Positions 11,253 to 21,078 of a stretch of 64,000 nucleotides of DNA are shown in pieces (position 1 is the stretch's first letter; each line of letters starts with the position of its first letter). Location: the IMG/VR virus record IMGVR_UViG_3300043467_001216; one strand, 5' to 3'. Source of the stretch: a virus (lineage: Duplodnaviria; Heunggongvirae; Uroviricota; Caudoviricetes). The notes under the pieces are model-generated. The model searched no databases, was not told the DNA's origin, and saw nothing but the letters and a program-made list of their open reading frames with translations. The position numbers and the translations under genes are program-made.

Positions 11253-11477
11253 ATGAATACAAAATTAATATTAGATAATTATTTGGGTAAGAATACCAAA
11301 TATTCTGAAAAGGATGCCGGAAACGGATTTAAACAAGTATGTGATTTAGAAACAGGTGATTGTTATACAATTAGAATGAAAGACGGGCTTATTGAAAGAG
11401 TTGACAATACTATGGCAACTAACAGAAGAGTTCAAGTGGAAACACATAATGGAGTTAAACAATTATTAAACGGGTAA
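11253..11477 (+). CDS. Hypothetical protein (74 aa)
   Basis: ORF preceded by TATTTAT motif and A-rich leader; translationally coupled to the next gene. Confidence 0.7.
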   Translation: MNTKLILDNYLGKNTKYSEKDAGNGFKQVCDLETGDCYTIRMKDGLIERVDNTMATNRRVQVETHNGVKQLLNG

Positions 11478-11479
11478 AA

Positions 11480-12166
11480 ATGAGCGTAGATAAAAAAATA
11501 TTAGAAGAGATTACACGATTTAATTCGATTAATAGATATATTAACGAACAAGAATTACCTCCACCACCTGTGGAAGACCCATTAGCGGCGGCACCACCTG
11601 CGGACCCATTAGCGGCAGGAGCACCACCTGCGGACCCATTAGCGGCAGGAGCACCACCAGCACCCGCAGCACCAACAGGTGATGTACCTCAACCTGTAGA
11701 TATTGAAAATGACCCTGATGTTGAAAAAGTTGGTGACGATGAAAAAAGTGATAATAAAAAAGAATTAGACGTTACTGAATTAGTTAATAGTCAAAAGAAT
11801 GTTGAGGAAAAACAAGAAGAGTACTTCCAACAATTATTTTCTCACTTAGAAAATTTGGAAAGTAAATTAGGTGAGATGGATAATATCGTTAATCAATTAA
11901 ATAGTTTAGAGGCTAAAGTTGAAAAATATAGACAAAAATCACCTGAAGAAAAAATGGAACTTAGAACTTTAGATTCTGGACCATTTAATCAAAAATTATC
12001 TCAATATTTTGAAGATAAAGAAGAGGATTTTGAAAAATTAGGTAGAGATGAATATATCTTAACTAAAGATGATGTTGAAGATTTTTCACCTAAAGAAATA
12101 CAAAAAACATTTAGTGATTTTACCGGTGACGGTGAAGAGGATAATGTTTTTAAAACAAAATACTAA
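11480..12166 (+). CDS. Acidic, Pro/Ala-rich coiled-coil protein, possibly virion-associated
   Basis: N-terminal helix ...EEITRF...INEQ, Pro/Ala linker, central coiled coil; followed by a terminator. Confidence 0.6.
   Translation: MSVDKKILEEITRFNSINRYINEQELPPPPVEDPLAAAPPADPLAAGAPPADPLAAGAPPAPAAPTGDVPQPVDIENDPDVEKVGDDEKSDNKKELDVTELVNSQKNVEEKQEEYFQQLFSHLENLESKLGEMDNIVNQLNSLEAKVEKYRQKSPEEKMELRTLDSGPFNQKLSQYFEDKEEDFEKLGRDEYILTKDDVEDFSPKEIQKTFSDFTGDGEEDNVFKTKY
11576..11659 (+). repeat. Three tandem 27-30 nt repeats (GACCCATTAGCGGC(A/G)G...CACCACC) encoding DPLAA(G)APPA
   Basis: Near-identical units visible at 11576, 11603 and 11633. Confidence 0.9.
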
Positions 12167-12180
12167 TCTATAAGTAAGAG

Positions 12181-12213
12181 AAAAAACTTGTTATAAAAAA
12201 ACAAGTTTTTTTT
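12181..12213 (+). terminator. Intrinsic terminator (A-tract/T-tract, potentially bidirectional)
   Basis: AAAAAACTTGTT-ATAAAAA-AACAAGTTTTTTTT perfect inverted repeat just after the stop at 12166. Confidence 0.8.
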
Positions 12214-12222
12214 CCCTTACGA

Positions 12223-12254
12223 TTTGACAATACAATATGGCGGACTTATAATTA
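12223..12254 (+). promoter_or_regulatory. sigma70-type promoter upstream of SSB gene
   Basis: TTGACA (12224-12229), 17 nt, TATAAT (12247-12252); can also be read as TTTG-N20-TATAATTA. Confidence 0.75.
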
Positions 12255-12282
12255 GATAAACAAATAAAATAAATTAAAATTT

Positions 12283-13128
12283 ATGGCGACAAACAGTTTA
12301 GATGCGGTGTTAGCTCAGTACGAGAAAGCACAACAAACGGGTAACTTTACCCCAAAAATGTCTCAAGAAGAGAGAATGAAAAGATACTTTGCGGCTATCT
12401 TAGGTGATAATGAAAAACAAGGTCAAAAAAGACTTAGAATTCTCCCAACGACAGACGGTTCCTCACCTTTTAAAGAGGCAATGTTTCACGAAATGTTGAT
12501 TGATGGTAAGTATATTAAATTATACGACCCAGCGATGGATAATGAACGTTCACCGTTAAATGAGGTGTATGAAGAATTATTAATTGAAGGTGATAAAAAA
12601 TTGGCTTCAGAATATAAATCTCGTAAGTTCTACATCGTTAAAGTTATTGACCGTGATAACGAACAAGATGGTCCTAAATTCTGGCGTTTTAAACACAACT
12701 ATAAAAATGAAGGGATTTTAGATAAAATCATTCCTATTTGGAGAAATAAGGGTGATGTTACTGATTCTGAAAAAGGTCGTGATTTAATCCTTGAATTGGC
12801 TAAAGCTAAAACTCCTAAAGGTAAAGAGTACACTGTTATTCAAACAATTATGTATGATGACCCAGCTCCTTTACACGAAGATGAGGAAACTAAAAAATCT
12901 TGGGCTAACGATGAGTTAACTTGGAGAGACGTTTACTCTAAAAAACCTGTTGAGTATCTTGAAGCAATCGCTCGTGGAGAAACTCCAAAATGGAATACTG
13001 AATTGGGTAAATACACTTACGGTGACTCAACTGAAAGTGAAGAATCATTTGGTGGTTCTAAAGCTAAAACTGAAGTTTATGCTGACCCACAAGTTAATGA
13101 TGAAATCGACGAAGATTTACCATTCTAA
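12283..13128 (+). CDS. Single-stranded DNA-binding protein, T4 gp32-like
   Basis: KRLRILPTTDGSSPF..MFH, aromatic-rich OB-type core, acidic C-tail ending DEDLPF; first gene of the replication block. Confidence 0.8.
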   Translation: MATNSLDAVLAQYEKAQQTGNFTPKMSQEERMKRYFAAILGDNEKQGQKRLRILPTTDGSSPFKEAMFHEMLIDGKYIKLYDPAMDNERSPLNEVYEELLIEGDKKLASEYKSRKFYIVKVIDRDNEQDGPKFWRFKHNYKNEGILDKIIPIWRNKGDVTDSEKGRDLILELAKAKTPKGKEYTVIQTIMYDDPAPLHEDEETKKSWANDELTWRDVYSKKPVEYLEAIARGETPKWNTELGKYTYGDSTESEESFGGSKAKTEVYADPQVNDEIDEDLPF

Positions 13129-13142
13129 CCTAACCTATAGAT

Positions 13143-13175
13143 AGGTAGTGATTTACAAAGTCACTACCTTTTTTT
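13143..13175 (+). terminator. Intrinsic terminator after SSB
   Basis: AGGTAGTGA-TTTACAAAG-TCACTACCT followed by a T-run. Confidence 0.8.
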
Positions 13176-13199
13176 ATCTTTTATTTAAAAACACAATAT

Positions 13200-14201
13200 A
13201 TGGCAGTAAAGAAAAAGGATTTCTCTTTAGATTCGATTAAAGGGAAGTTTTCAACGAAAACAAAGTATAAAGCTGATAGTTTTTATGATTGTGGTGAAGA
13301 GTTTGCCGACGCTTGTGGTCTACCTGGTCCAAGTAAAGGACATATCAATATGTTCTTAGGTCACTCTAACTCATCTAAAACTACCGCAATGATTTTGGCA
13401 GCGGCAAACGCACAAAAACAAGGTGACTTACCTGTTTTCATTATCACTGAAAGGAAATGGAATTGGGAACACGCAGTTGAATTAGGTCTTCAGGCTGAAC
13501 AAAACTCAGAAGGTGAATGGGATGGTAACTTTATCTTCAACGATAGTTTTGATTACATTGAACAAGCAACAGATTTTATTAATCAAATATTGGACGCTCA
13601 AGATAAAGGTGAAATTCCTTACAACATTTTATTCTTATGGGATTCTGTTGGTTCAATACCTTGTAAAATGACATTTGACGGTAAAGGTGGTAAACAACAT
13701 AACGCCGCGACTTTTGCTGATAAAATTGGTATGGGTATTTCTGCGAGAATATCTAAAACTAAAAAAGAGGATGTTCCATATTGGGCAAGTATGGTTGTAA
13801 TTAATCAACCTTGGGTTGAATTACCTGACAACCCATTTGGTCAACCTGAGATTAAAGCAAAAGGTGGTGAGGCGATTTGGTTAGCATCTTCATTAGTGTT
13901 CTTATTTGGTAATCAAAAGAAAGCCGGTATCAATCATATTACCGCAACTAAAAACGGTAGAACAGTTGTTTATGCGACAAGAACAAAAATCTCAATATTG
14001 AAGAACCACGTAAATGGATTATCATATAAAGATGGTAAGATATTAGCGGTTCCTCAAGGTTATATCAAAGATGATAAATCTGCGATTGAGAAATACAAAA
14101 AAGAATTTTCCGATTATTGGAATAAGAAATTAGGTGGTGAGGGTGACTTTAAACTTAGTGAAGTATTTGTCCCAACAGAGGAAGAAGAATTCGAAGATTG
14201 A
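13200..14201 (+). CDS. uvsX: RecA/UvsX-like recombinase
   Basis: P-loop LGHSNSSKTT, Walker B-like LWDSVGS, VVINQ, GGEAIW motifs; lies between SSB and 5'-3' exonuclease as in T4-like phages. Confidence 0.85.
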   Translation: MAVKKKDFSLDSIKGKFSTKTKYKADSFYDCGEEFADACGLPGPSKGHINMFLGHSNSSKTTAMILAAANAQKQGDLPVFIITERKWNWEHAVELGLQAEQNSEGEWDGNFIFNDSFDYIEQATDFINQILDAQDKGEIPYNILFLWDSVGSIPCKMTFDGKGGKQHNAATFADKIGMGISARISKTKKEDVPYWASMVVINQPWVELPDNPFGQPEIKAKGGEAIWLASSLVFLFGNQKKAGINHITATKNGRTVVYATRTKISILKNHVNGLSYKDGKILAVPQGYIKDDKSAIEKYKKEFSDYWNKKLGGEGDFKLSEVFVPTEEEEFED

Positions 14202-14226
14202 TTGTAGAACCATTTAATGGTAAAAA

Positions 14227-15228
14227 ATGACTAAAACCTTATTGGTTGATGGAAACAACCTAATTAAAATTGGTGTTCACGGGGTGAAAGATTTCTTTCA
14301 CTCCGGAAAACACATAGGTGGTGTGTGGCACTTTATAAACACATTACGACGATTTATTGAAACAGAAGGTTTTGATAAAGTTGTTGTATTTTGGGATGGT
14401 GATGAGAATTCACTGTCACGAAAAATATTATACCCCCAATACAAAGCGAATCGAAAGACCCCTTTTGATTTAACCAAAGAAGATTCTATTACCGAACAAA
14501 AGGAACGTGTTAAACAATACTTGGAAGAGTTGTTTATAAGACAGGTGTTGGTTGATAATAACGAAGCTGATGATTTGATTGCTTACTATTGTCAAATCTC
14601 TCCTGATGAAGATAAAACGATATTCTCAGGTGACCGTGATTTAACCCAATTGATTTCGGATAAGGTAAGAGTTTATTTACCTGATTTAAAACAATATTAC
14701 AAACTTGGTGATACTATTAAGTTTAAGGATATTGAAATTCCTCACTATAACGTTAAGACTTACAAGATAATAGCCGGTGATAAATCGGATAATATTGATG
14801 GTATCTATTACCTTGGGGATAAGACGTTAGCGAAATTATTCCCTGAGCTACTTGACCGAGAAATAAAATTCACCGATATTTTAGAAAAAGCCGAACTTTT
14901 ACACAAAGAGGATAAAGACAATAAAGTTTTACAGAATCTTTTGACGGGTAAGACTAAGAGTGGTATATTTGGTGATGAGTTTTTTGTTATAAATGAGAAA
15001 ATAGTTGATTTGTCAAACCCTTTAATAACTGAAGATGGGAAAAACGTAGTAAATGAATATTATTCAGAAACCTTAGACCCGGATGGTCGAGGTCACAGGA
15101 ACGTAATTAAAATGATGATGGAAGATGGATTCTTCAAGTTCCTACCAAAAAATGATAATTCTTGGGTGAATTTTTTAACACCCTTTTTAAAATTAACAAG
15201 AAAAGAAAAACGAAAGTTTAAAAAGTAA
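14227..15228 (+). CDS. 5'-3' exonuclease / RNase H (FEN/Pol I N-terminal family)
   Basis: LLVDGNNL, VVFWDG, YPQYKANRK, EADDLIA, SGDRDLTQL and GDKSDNIDGI motifs. Confidence 0.92.
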   Translation: MTKTLLVDGNNLIKIGVHGVKDFFHSGKHIGGVWHFINTLRRFIETEGFDKVVVFWDGDENSLSRKILYPQYKANRKTPFDLTKEDSITEQKERVKQYLEELFIRQVLVDNNEADDLIAYYCQISPDEDKTIFSGDRDLTQLISDKVRVYLPDLKQYYKLGDTIKFKDIEIPHYNVKTYKIIAGDKSDNIDGIYYLGDKTLAKLFPELLDREIKFTDILEKAELLHKEDKDNKVLQNLLTGKTKSGIFGDEFFVINEKIVDLSNPLITEDGKNVVNEYYSETLDPDGRGHRNVIKMMMEDGFFKFLPKNDNSWVNFLTPFLKLTRKEKRKFKK

Positions 15229-15232
15229 AATT

Positions 15233-15688
15233 ATGAAAGAGCAAAACGAATCAACAAAGTTAGAGTTTTTAATGATGGTTAACGATAACATCATTGTACA
15301 ACGTTTTTTTAACGTGAAAGATTTTAACCCAAAAGCTAAAAGTTCGGTTGACTTATACGACTTAATTAAAGATTTTAAGCACGATTTAGAACGTCAATTA
15401 AAAATGAAAACAGTTACATATATGTTAGATAATATGTATGAGATAGTTAATAATCCTGCGGTTATGGATACATCATATACTGAAGGTCCTGAGTATTTTA
15501 ACGTATTTATCAAACAAGGTGATGTGACAATTTGTCATAGACAAATCGACGCTAAAATCTATCCACCAAAAATAAGATATACCGTGGATGTAAGACCACA
15601 CCTAAAAAACTTACTTTTATCATTAACTGACATTTTTTCATCAAAAAATTTATCTTTTGAATATGCTGAAGTTAGTTTAGAGGCGTAA
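15233..15688 (+). CDS. Hypothetical protein (151 aa) in replication block
   Basis: Clean ORF tightly packed between the exonuclease and helicase genes. Confidence 0.7.
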   Translation: MKEQNESTKLEFLMMVNDNIIVQRFFNVKDFNPKAKSSVDLYDLIKDFKHDLERQLKMKTVTYMLDNMYEIVNNPAVMDTSYTEGPEYFNVFIKQGDVTICHRQIDAKIYPPKIRYTVDVRPHLKNLLLSLTDIFSSKNLSFEYAEVSLEA

Positions 15689-15695
15689 TATTTAT
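15689..15695 (+). promoter_or_regulatory. TATTTAT putative phage promoter
   Basis: 20 nt upstream of the helicase ATG. Confidence 0.5.
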
Positions 15696-15715
15696 CTAAA
15701 AATACAAAAAGATAT

Positions 15716-17128
15716 ATGAGTAAAAATAAAAATTTTGAGTACTTAGGAAGTGGTTTCCAAATACAGTTATTAAACCAAATTATCTTAGATAAAGACTTTT
15801 CTAGGTCAATTATCGACGTGATTGATGTGACTTATTTTGAAAACAAGTATTTCAAACTAATCATTCAGATGATTAAAGAATACTATGTAAAATACGAACA
15901 CACACCAACGTTTGATACTTTGGAACAAATAACTAAGTCGGAATTACAACAAGAGACCGCTTCAAAAATAGTTATTGACACAATTGGTAAAATTAAAGAG
16001 GCACCAATAGAAGGTGCTGAGTTCGTTCAAGAAAAAGCAATGAAGTTTTGTAAACAACAAGAACTTCAAAAAGTAATGGGTAAAGCCCAAAAAATTATTG
16101 ATGGTGGTGAGTTCGAAAACTACGACAAAGTAGAACAGTTAGTAAGAAGTGCACTACAAGTTGGGGAAAGAGAAGACGGTATGACTAACGTTTTCTCTAA
16201 CTTAGACGACGTTTTAAACGAGGATTATAGACATCCGATACCAATGGGTATTTCAGGGATTGATAGACTCTTAAAAGGTGGGTTGGCTAAAGGTGAGATT
16301 GGTGTTGTATTGGCACCAACAGGGGTTGGTAAAACAACTCTAATGACTAAGATTACAAATCACGCATTTAACTTAGGTTATAACGTCCTACAAATATTTT
16401 TTGAAGATAATCCTAAGATTATTCAACGAAAACATATAGTTTTGTGGACTAAGGTTCATCCTGACGAATTAACTTTGAAGAAAGATGAGGTATTGAAACG
16501 TGTAACTGATATCAAAACATCAATGCAAAATCAATTAATCTTGAAAAAGTTACCGTCAGATACTATGACGATGTTACAAATCAAGAATCAGGTTAGAAAG
16601 ATGATTGCTGATGGTGTTAAACTTGATATGATATCGTTAGATTACATTGACTGTGTATTACCTGATAGAAACTTAGGTGATGAATGGAAATCGGAAGGTT
16701 CTGTAATGAGAGCGTTTGAAGCAATGTGTCACGAGTTAAATTTAGTTGGATGGACAGCAACACAAGGTAATAGACAATCTATTTCTTCTGAAGTTGTAAC
16801 AACTGACCAAATGGGGGGTTCTATTAAGAAAGCTCAAGTAGGTCACGTTATCATATCGGTGGCTAAGTCATTACAACAAAAAGAAATGAAATTAGCAACT
16901 ATCGCAATTACTAAGTCACGTATTGGTGATGATGGTGTTGTGTTTGAAAACTGTAAGTTCGACAATGGTATGTTAGAAATTGATACTGAATCTTCAGTAA
17001 CATTCTTAGGTCTTGAAGAACAAAACGACCAAAAACAACGTGATAAAGTTCGTGAGTTATTGGAAAGACGTAAAGAACGTGACGCACAGAAGAAAAAAGA
17101 TGATGAAAATAAAAAAGATGAACAATAA
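15716..17128 (+). CDS. dnaB: Replicative DnaB-like helicase (T4 gp41-like)
   Basis: [20 protein letters not shown] Walker A, LDYID, ATQGNR motifs. Confidence 0.9.
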   Translation: MSKNKNFEYLGSGFQIQLLNQIILDKDFSRSIIDVIDVTYFENKYFKLIIQMIKEYYVKYEHTPTFDTLEQITKSELQQETASKIVIDTIGKIKEAPIEGAEFVQEKAMKFCKQQELQKVMGKAQKIIDGGEFENYDKVEQLVRSALQVGEREDGMTNVFSNLDDVLNEDYRHPIPMGISGIDRLLKGGLAKGEIGVVLAPTGVGKTTLMTKITNHAFNLGYNVLQIFFEDNPKIIQRKHIVLWTKVHPDELTLKKDEVLKRVTDIKTSMQNQLILKKLPSDTMTMLQIKNQVRKMIADGVKLDMISLDYIDCVLPDRNLGDEWKSEGSVMRAFEAMCHELNLVGWTATQGNRQSISSEVVTTDQMGGSIKKAQVGHVIISVAKSLQQKEMKLATIAITKSRIGDDGVVFENCKFDNGMLEIDTESSVTFLGLEEQNDQKQRDKVRELLERRKERDAQKKKDDENKKDEQ

Positions 17129-17129
17129 T

Positions 17130-18089
17130 ATGGAAAATAAAGTAGAACCAATTTTAGAAACAAATCCTGATAGATTTGTAGTATTCCCTATCCAATATCA
17201 CGATATTTGGGAATTTTATGCACAACACAAGGCGGCGTTTTGGACGGCAGAAGAATTTGATTTAAGTGATGATATCAGAGATTGGAGTAATTTATCAGAT
17301 AATGAAAAATATTTCATTAAAAATATTTTAGCATTTTTTGCAGCATCTGATGGTATTGTTAATGAAAACATTGCTGAGAACTTCGCAAGGGAGGTACAGT
17401 TTCCGGAAGCTAAGTTTTTCTATGGATTCCAAGTTGCTATGGAGAATGAACATTCTTTAACTTATTCTTTATTAATTGATACTTATATCACAGACTCAAA
17501 AGAAAAGGATGATTGTTTCCACGCGATTGACAGACTACCGGCAGTTCAGAAAAAAGCTAAATGGGCTTTAGATTGGATTGAAAACGCATCGTTTCAAGAA
17601 CGATTGATAGCGTTTGTTGCTGTTGAAGGAATCTTTTTTTCAGGTTCGTTCTGTTCAATATTTTGGTTAAAATCGAGAGGAATTATGCAAGGATTATGTG
17701 ACGCTAACTCATTAATTTTTAAAGATGAGAATCTTCATTGTGATTTCGCAATTCACTTGTTAAATAACCATATTGTTAACAAACCAAGTGAGAAAAGAAT
17801 TAAAGAAATATTACTTTCAGCTTTAGAGATTGAAAAGGAGTTTATAACTGAATCACTACCAGTATCATTAATTGGGATGAATTCTAATTTAATGAAACAA
17901 TATTTAGAGTTCGTTGTTGATGGTTTATTATATAAGTTAGGTTGTAGTAAAGAATTTAATGTAGAACAACCTTTCAAGTTTATGGAACAGATTGCGGTTG
18001 AAACTAAAGGTAATTTCTTTGAAAATAGAACACTTGAATATCAAAAGGCGAAATTGAATGAAACAATTTCTTTTACTGATGAGTTTTAA
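17130..18089 (+). CDS. nrdB: Ribonucleotide reductase class Ia small subunit (eukaryote-like type)
   Basis: [48 protein letters not shown] di-iron and radical motifs. Start placed at the ATG (17130) just after the helicase stop. Confidence 0.95.
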   Translation: MENKVEPILETNPDRFVVFPIQYHDIWEFYAQHKAAFWTAEEFDLSDDIRDWSNLSDNEKYFIKNILAFFAASDGIVNENIAENFAREVQFPEAKFFYGFQVAMENEHSLTYSLLIDTYITDSKEKDDCFHAIDRLPAVQKKAKWALDWIENASFQERLIAFVAVEGIFFSGSFCSIFWLKSRGIMQGLCDANSLIFKDENLHCDFAIHLLNNHIVNKPSEKRIKEILLSALEIEKEFITESLPVSLIGMNSNLMKQYLEFVVDGLLYKLGCSKEFNVEQPFKFMEQIAVETKGNFFENRTLEYQKAKLNETISFTDEF

Positions 18090-18107
18090 TAAAATATTAT
18101 AATCATT

Positions 18108-20522
18108 ATGATGTCATTAAAAATTAAAAAAAGAAACGGGGAGAAACAATCATTTAATCCTCAAAAAATTTACAACAGAGTTAAAAGAGCAGCTAAAGGT
18201 CTTAATGTTAACTTTGATGAGATTTTTATTAAAGTGACAACTTCTCTACCAACTGAGGGTTACATCACAACAAAAGAATTAGATAAATTGGTGTATGAGA
18301 TTGCGTCCTCATACACTGGTAGTCATCACGATTATTCACGATTGGCGTCTTCAGTTGCTATCTCATCATATCACAAAGATACGGTTGATAGTTTTAGTGA
18401 AACTATGCACACATTACACACTGAAGGTGTTGTTCACGATAATCTAATGAGTATTATCGAGAAATATGGACCAAGTAAGATTGATTCAATTATTAATCAC
18501 GAGAATGATTATAACTTTGACTTTTTTGCGTGGAAAGCATTACAAGAAATGTATTTGTTGAAATTACCGAATGGTAAGGTTGTTGAAAGACCACAACATA
18601 TGTATATGAGAATTGCGTTGTGGGTAACTGATAGTTACGAAGAGGCGGTTGATTATTATAAGTCATTGTCAGAACAAAGAATTTCTAAGGCAACCCCAAT
18701 TATGATTAACTCAGGGACATTAATCCCTCAGTTAGCGTCTTGTGTATTACATTATAATAATTCAGATTCAAGACAAGGTTTGTTGGGTACATTGAATGAT
18801 ATTTCTACTTACTCATCGGACGCTGCGGGTATTGGATTATGTATGTCAAACCAAAGAAGTAAAGAAAGTCGTATTACTACATCAGGTGGTTTTGCGGGTG
18901 GATTATTAAAGTATCTTAAAATTGTTAACGAATCATTAAGATTCTTTAATCAACAAGGTAGAAGACCTGGTAGTGCAGCTATCTACATCGAACCTTGGCA
19001 TAAAGATATCTTTGATTTATTGGATATTAAAAAGAATACAGGTAAAGATGAATTGAGAGCTAGAGACTTGTTTACGGCATTGTGGATTCCTGATAACTTT
19101 ATGAAAGCGGTTAGAAATAATTCTGATTGGTATTTGTTCTGTCCTAATGATATTAAGAAGGCGGGATTAAAACCTTTACAAGAGTCTTACGGTTCTGAGT
19201 ATGAAGAAACTTATGTGAAAGCGGTTGAGTTAGGTCTTGGTAAAAAAGTAAGTGCAACTGAAATTTGGACTAAGATTATTGAGTCTCAAATTGAAACAGG
19301 TGTTCCTTACTTATGTTCTAAAGATAATGCTAATAGAAAAACTAACCACCAAAACATTGGGGTTATACATCAATCTAACTTATGTGCGGAGATTTTCCAA
19401 TATACTGATGAAGAAACTACGGCTATTTGTACGTTATCATCAATGGTATTGAAAAACTTTATCGTTGAAGGTAAATTTGATTTTAAACTATTGTTTGATG
19501 AGGTAAGAAAGGTTACAAGAACTTTAAACAAAGTAATTAACATTAATAGTTACTCAACTGAGAAGGGTAGAAAAGGTGGTTTAGAACAAAGAGCTATTGC
19601 TATTGGAGTTCAAGGATTGGCTGACGTATTTTATTTATTAGATTACGTATTCACATCTGAGGAGGCGAGAAAATTAAACAAACAAATTTTCGAAACTATC
19701 TACTTTGCCGCAATCACTGAGAGTAATCAATTATGTATTGAAGAAAAATACTCACCTTATGAATACTTCAAAGGTTCGCCAATGTCAAAAGGAGAATTCC
19801 AATTTGATATGTGGGGAATGACTGAGGATGATTTATCAGGAATGTGGGATTGGACTTCATTAAAAGAAAGGGTAATGAAATATGGTGTATGTAATTCATT
19901 ATTCACGGCTCAAATGCCTGTTGCGTCTTCAGCAAAAATTACAGGTTCATTTGAAATGACAGAACCCGCTCATTCGGCGTTGTTTAACAGACGAGTTGTA
20001 GGTGGTGAGATTTTGATAGTAAATAAATACTTAATACAAGATTTTGAAAAATTAGGGATTTGGTCTGAGGATTTGAAAAATGATATCATACTAAATGAAG
20101 GTTCAATTCAGAACGTTAATTTCAATCATTATCTTGATGTTGAGGACAAAAATTACAACAAGAAAGTTAAACGAATAGAACACTTAATGTCTAAATATAA
20201 AACGATTTGGGAGATTTCACAAAGAGAATTGATTGATATGGCAGCTGACAGAGCTCCTTATATTGACCAATCTCAATCAATGAACATCTATATGAGTAAC
20301 CCAACGTTGTCAAAAATTACCTCATCTCACTTTCACGGTTGGGAGAGAGGATTAAAAACATTAAGTTACTATATCCGAACTAAAGCGATTTCGACGGGGG
20401 CTAAACACTTAGCGGTGGATATCTCGAAAAGAGAAAAACCTGTAAAAGAAAAACCAACAGTTGATGTGATACCACAAAAACCTCAAGATTCAGAATTTGA
20501 ATGTTTTGGGTGTTCATCTTAA
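18108..20522 (+). CDS. nrdA: Ribonucleotide reductase class Ia large subunit with ATP cone
   Basis: N-terminal IKKRNG ATP cone, QLASC, SNLCAE active site, YYIR, C-terminal CFGC redox pair. Confidence 0.96.
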   Translation: MMSLKIKKRNGEKQSFNPQKIYNRVKRAAKGLNVNFDEIFIKVTTSLPTEGYITTKELDKLVYEIASSYTGSHHDYSRLASSVAISSYHKDTVDSFSETMHTLHTEGVVHDNLMSIIEKYGPSKIDSIINHENDYNFDFFAWKALQEMYLLKLPNGKVVERPQHMYMRIALWVTDSYEEAVDYYKSLSEQRISKATPIMINSGTLIPQLASCVLHYNNSDSRQGLLGTLNDISTYSSDAAGIGLCMSNQRSKESRITTSGGFAGGLLKYLKIVNESLRFFNQQGRRPGSAAIYIEPWHKDIFDLLDIKKNTGKDELRARDLFTALWIPDNFMKAVRNNSDWYLFCPNDIKKAGLKPLQESYGSEYEETYVKAVELGLGKKVSATEIWTKIIESQIETGVPYLCSKDNANRKTNHQNIGVIHQSNLCAEIFQYTDEETTAICTLSSMVLKNFIVEGKFDFKLLFDEVRKVTRTLNKVININSYSTEKGRKGGLEQRAIAIGVQGLADVFYLLDYVFTSEEARKLNKQIFETIYFAAITESNQLCIEEKYSPYEYFKGSPMSKGEFQFDMWGMTEDDLSGMWDWTSLKERVMKYGVCNSLFTAQMPVASSAKITGSFEMTEPAHSALFNRRVVGGEILIVNKYLIQDFEKLGIWSEDLKNDIILNEGSIQNVNFNHYLDVEDKNYNKKVKRIEHLMSKYKTIWEISQRELIDMAADRAPYIDQSQSMNIYMSNPTLSKITSSHFHGWERGLKTLSYYIRTKAISTGAKHLAVDISKREKPVKEKPTVDVIPQKPQDSEFECFGCSS

Positions 20523-20538
20523 AAAAACCGTAAATCAT

Positions 20539-20568
20539 AAAAACTCTCGGCAATGTCGAGAGTTTTTT
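20539..20568 (+). terminator. Intrinsic terminator after nrdA
   Basis: AAAAACTCTCG-GCAATGT-CGAGAGTTTTTT. Confidence 0.85.
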
Positions 20569-20606
20569 ATTTTAGAACGTTATACAAAAAATTCATAACG
20601 ACATTA

Positions 20607-20613
20607 TATTTAT
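20607..20613 (+). promoter_or_regulatory. TATTTAT putative phage late promoter
   Basis: After the nrdA terminator, 5 nt upstream of the gp25 ATG. Confidence 0.55.
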
Positions 20614-20618
20614 GTTAT

Positions 20619-21077
20619 ATGGCAGAAGGATTAACATATGGTATTAATTTTCCCTTTAGGGATTCGTATGATGGTAAATATCTTGATTTATCAAACACGA
20701 ATAGGGAAGAAATACGTTCAAATCTAATTCATTTATTACTAACGAGAAAAGGTACTAGATATTATTTACCTGATTTTGGGACAAGATTATATGAGTATTT
20801 ATTTGAACCATTAGATGGACCAACTTTTTCACAAATAGAATCTGAAATTAGGGATTCTGTTAAAGAATATATTCCCGGTATTACAATTACTAAATTAGAG
20901 GTAACACCAGCGTCAGAGGGTGAGGAAGATAAAGGAACGTTTGTTAATGGTAATGATGAACGAGTTTTTAGAGTGCCAGGTATCGGGACAAAAGAACACA
21001 CTGCAAAAATTAAAATTGATTACTTGTTAAACGATGACGCGTTCAACTCAAGTGATTTTGTTATTATAAATTTATAA
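20619..21077 (+). CDS. Baseplate wedge protein, T4 gp25-like
   Basis: IRSNLIHLLLTRKGTRYYLPDFGTRLYEYLFEP. Start moved to the ATG at 20619 because the ORF-track start lies inside the terminator. Confidence 0.9.
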   Translation: MAEGLTYGINFPFRDSYDGKYLDLSNTNREEIRSNLIHLLLTRKGTRYYLPDFGTRLYEYLFEPLDGPTFSQIESEIRDSVKEYIPGITITKLEVTPASEGEEDKGTFVNGNDERVFRVPGIGTKEHTAKIKIDYLLNDDAFNSSDFVIINL

Positions 21078-21078
21078 T

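Noticed and set aside
17013-17129. Extended nrdB start overlapping the helicase
   Set aside because: The Lys-rich extension is the helicase tail in another frame; the ATG at 17130 gives a normal R2 N-terminus.
15716-20522. Inteins or introns in the helicase or RNR genes
   Set aside because: Lengths are typical, motifs are contiguous, and no intein or homing-endonuclease motifs were seen.
20553-20618. Extended gp25 start
   Set aside because: Starts inside the nrdA terminator; the ATG at 20619 follows the TATTTAT motif.
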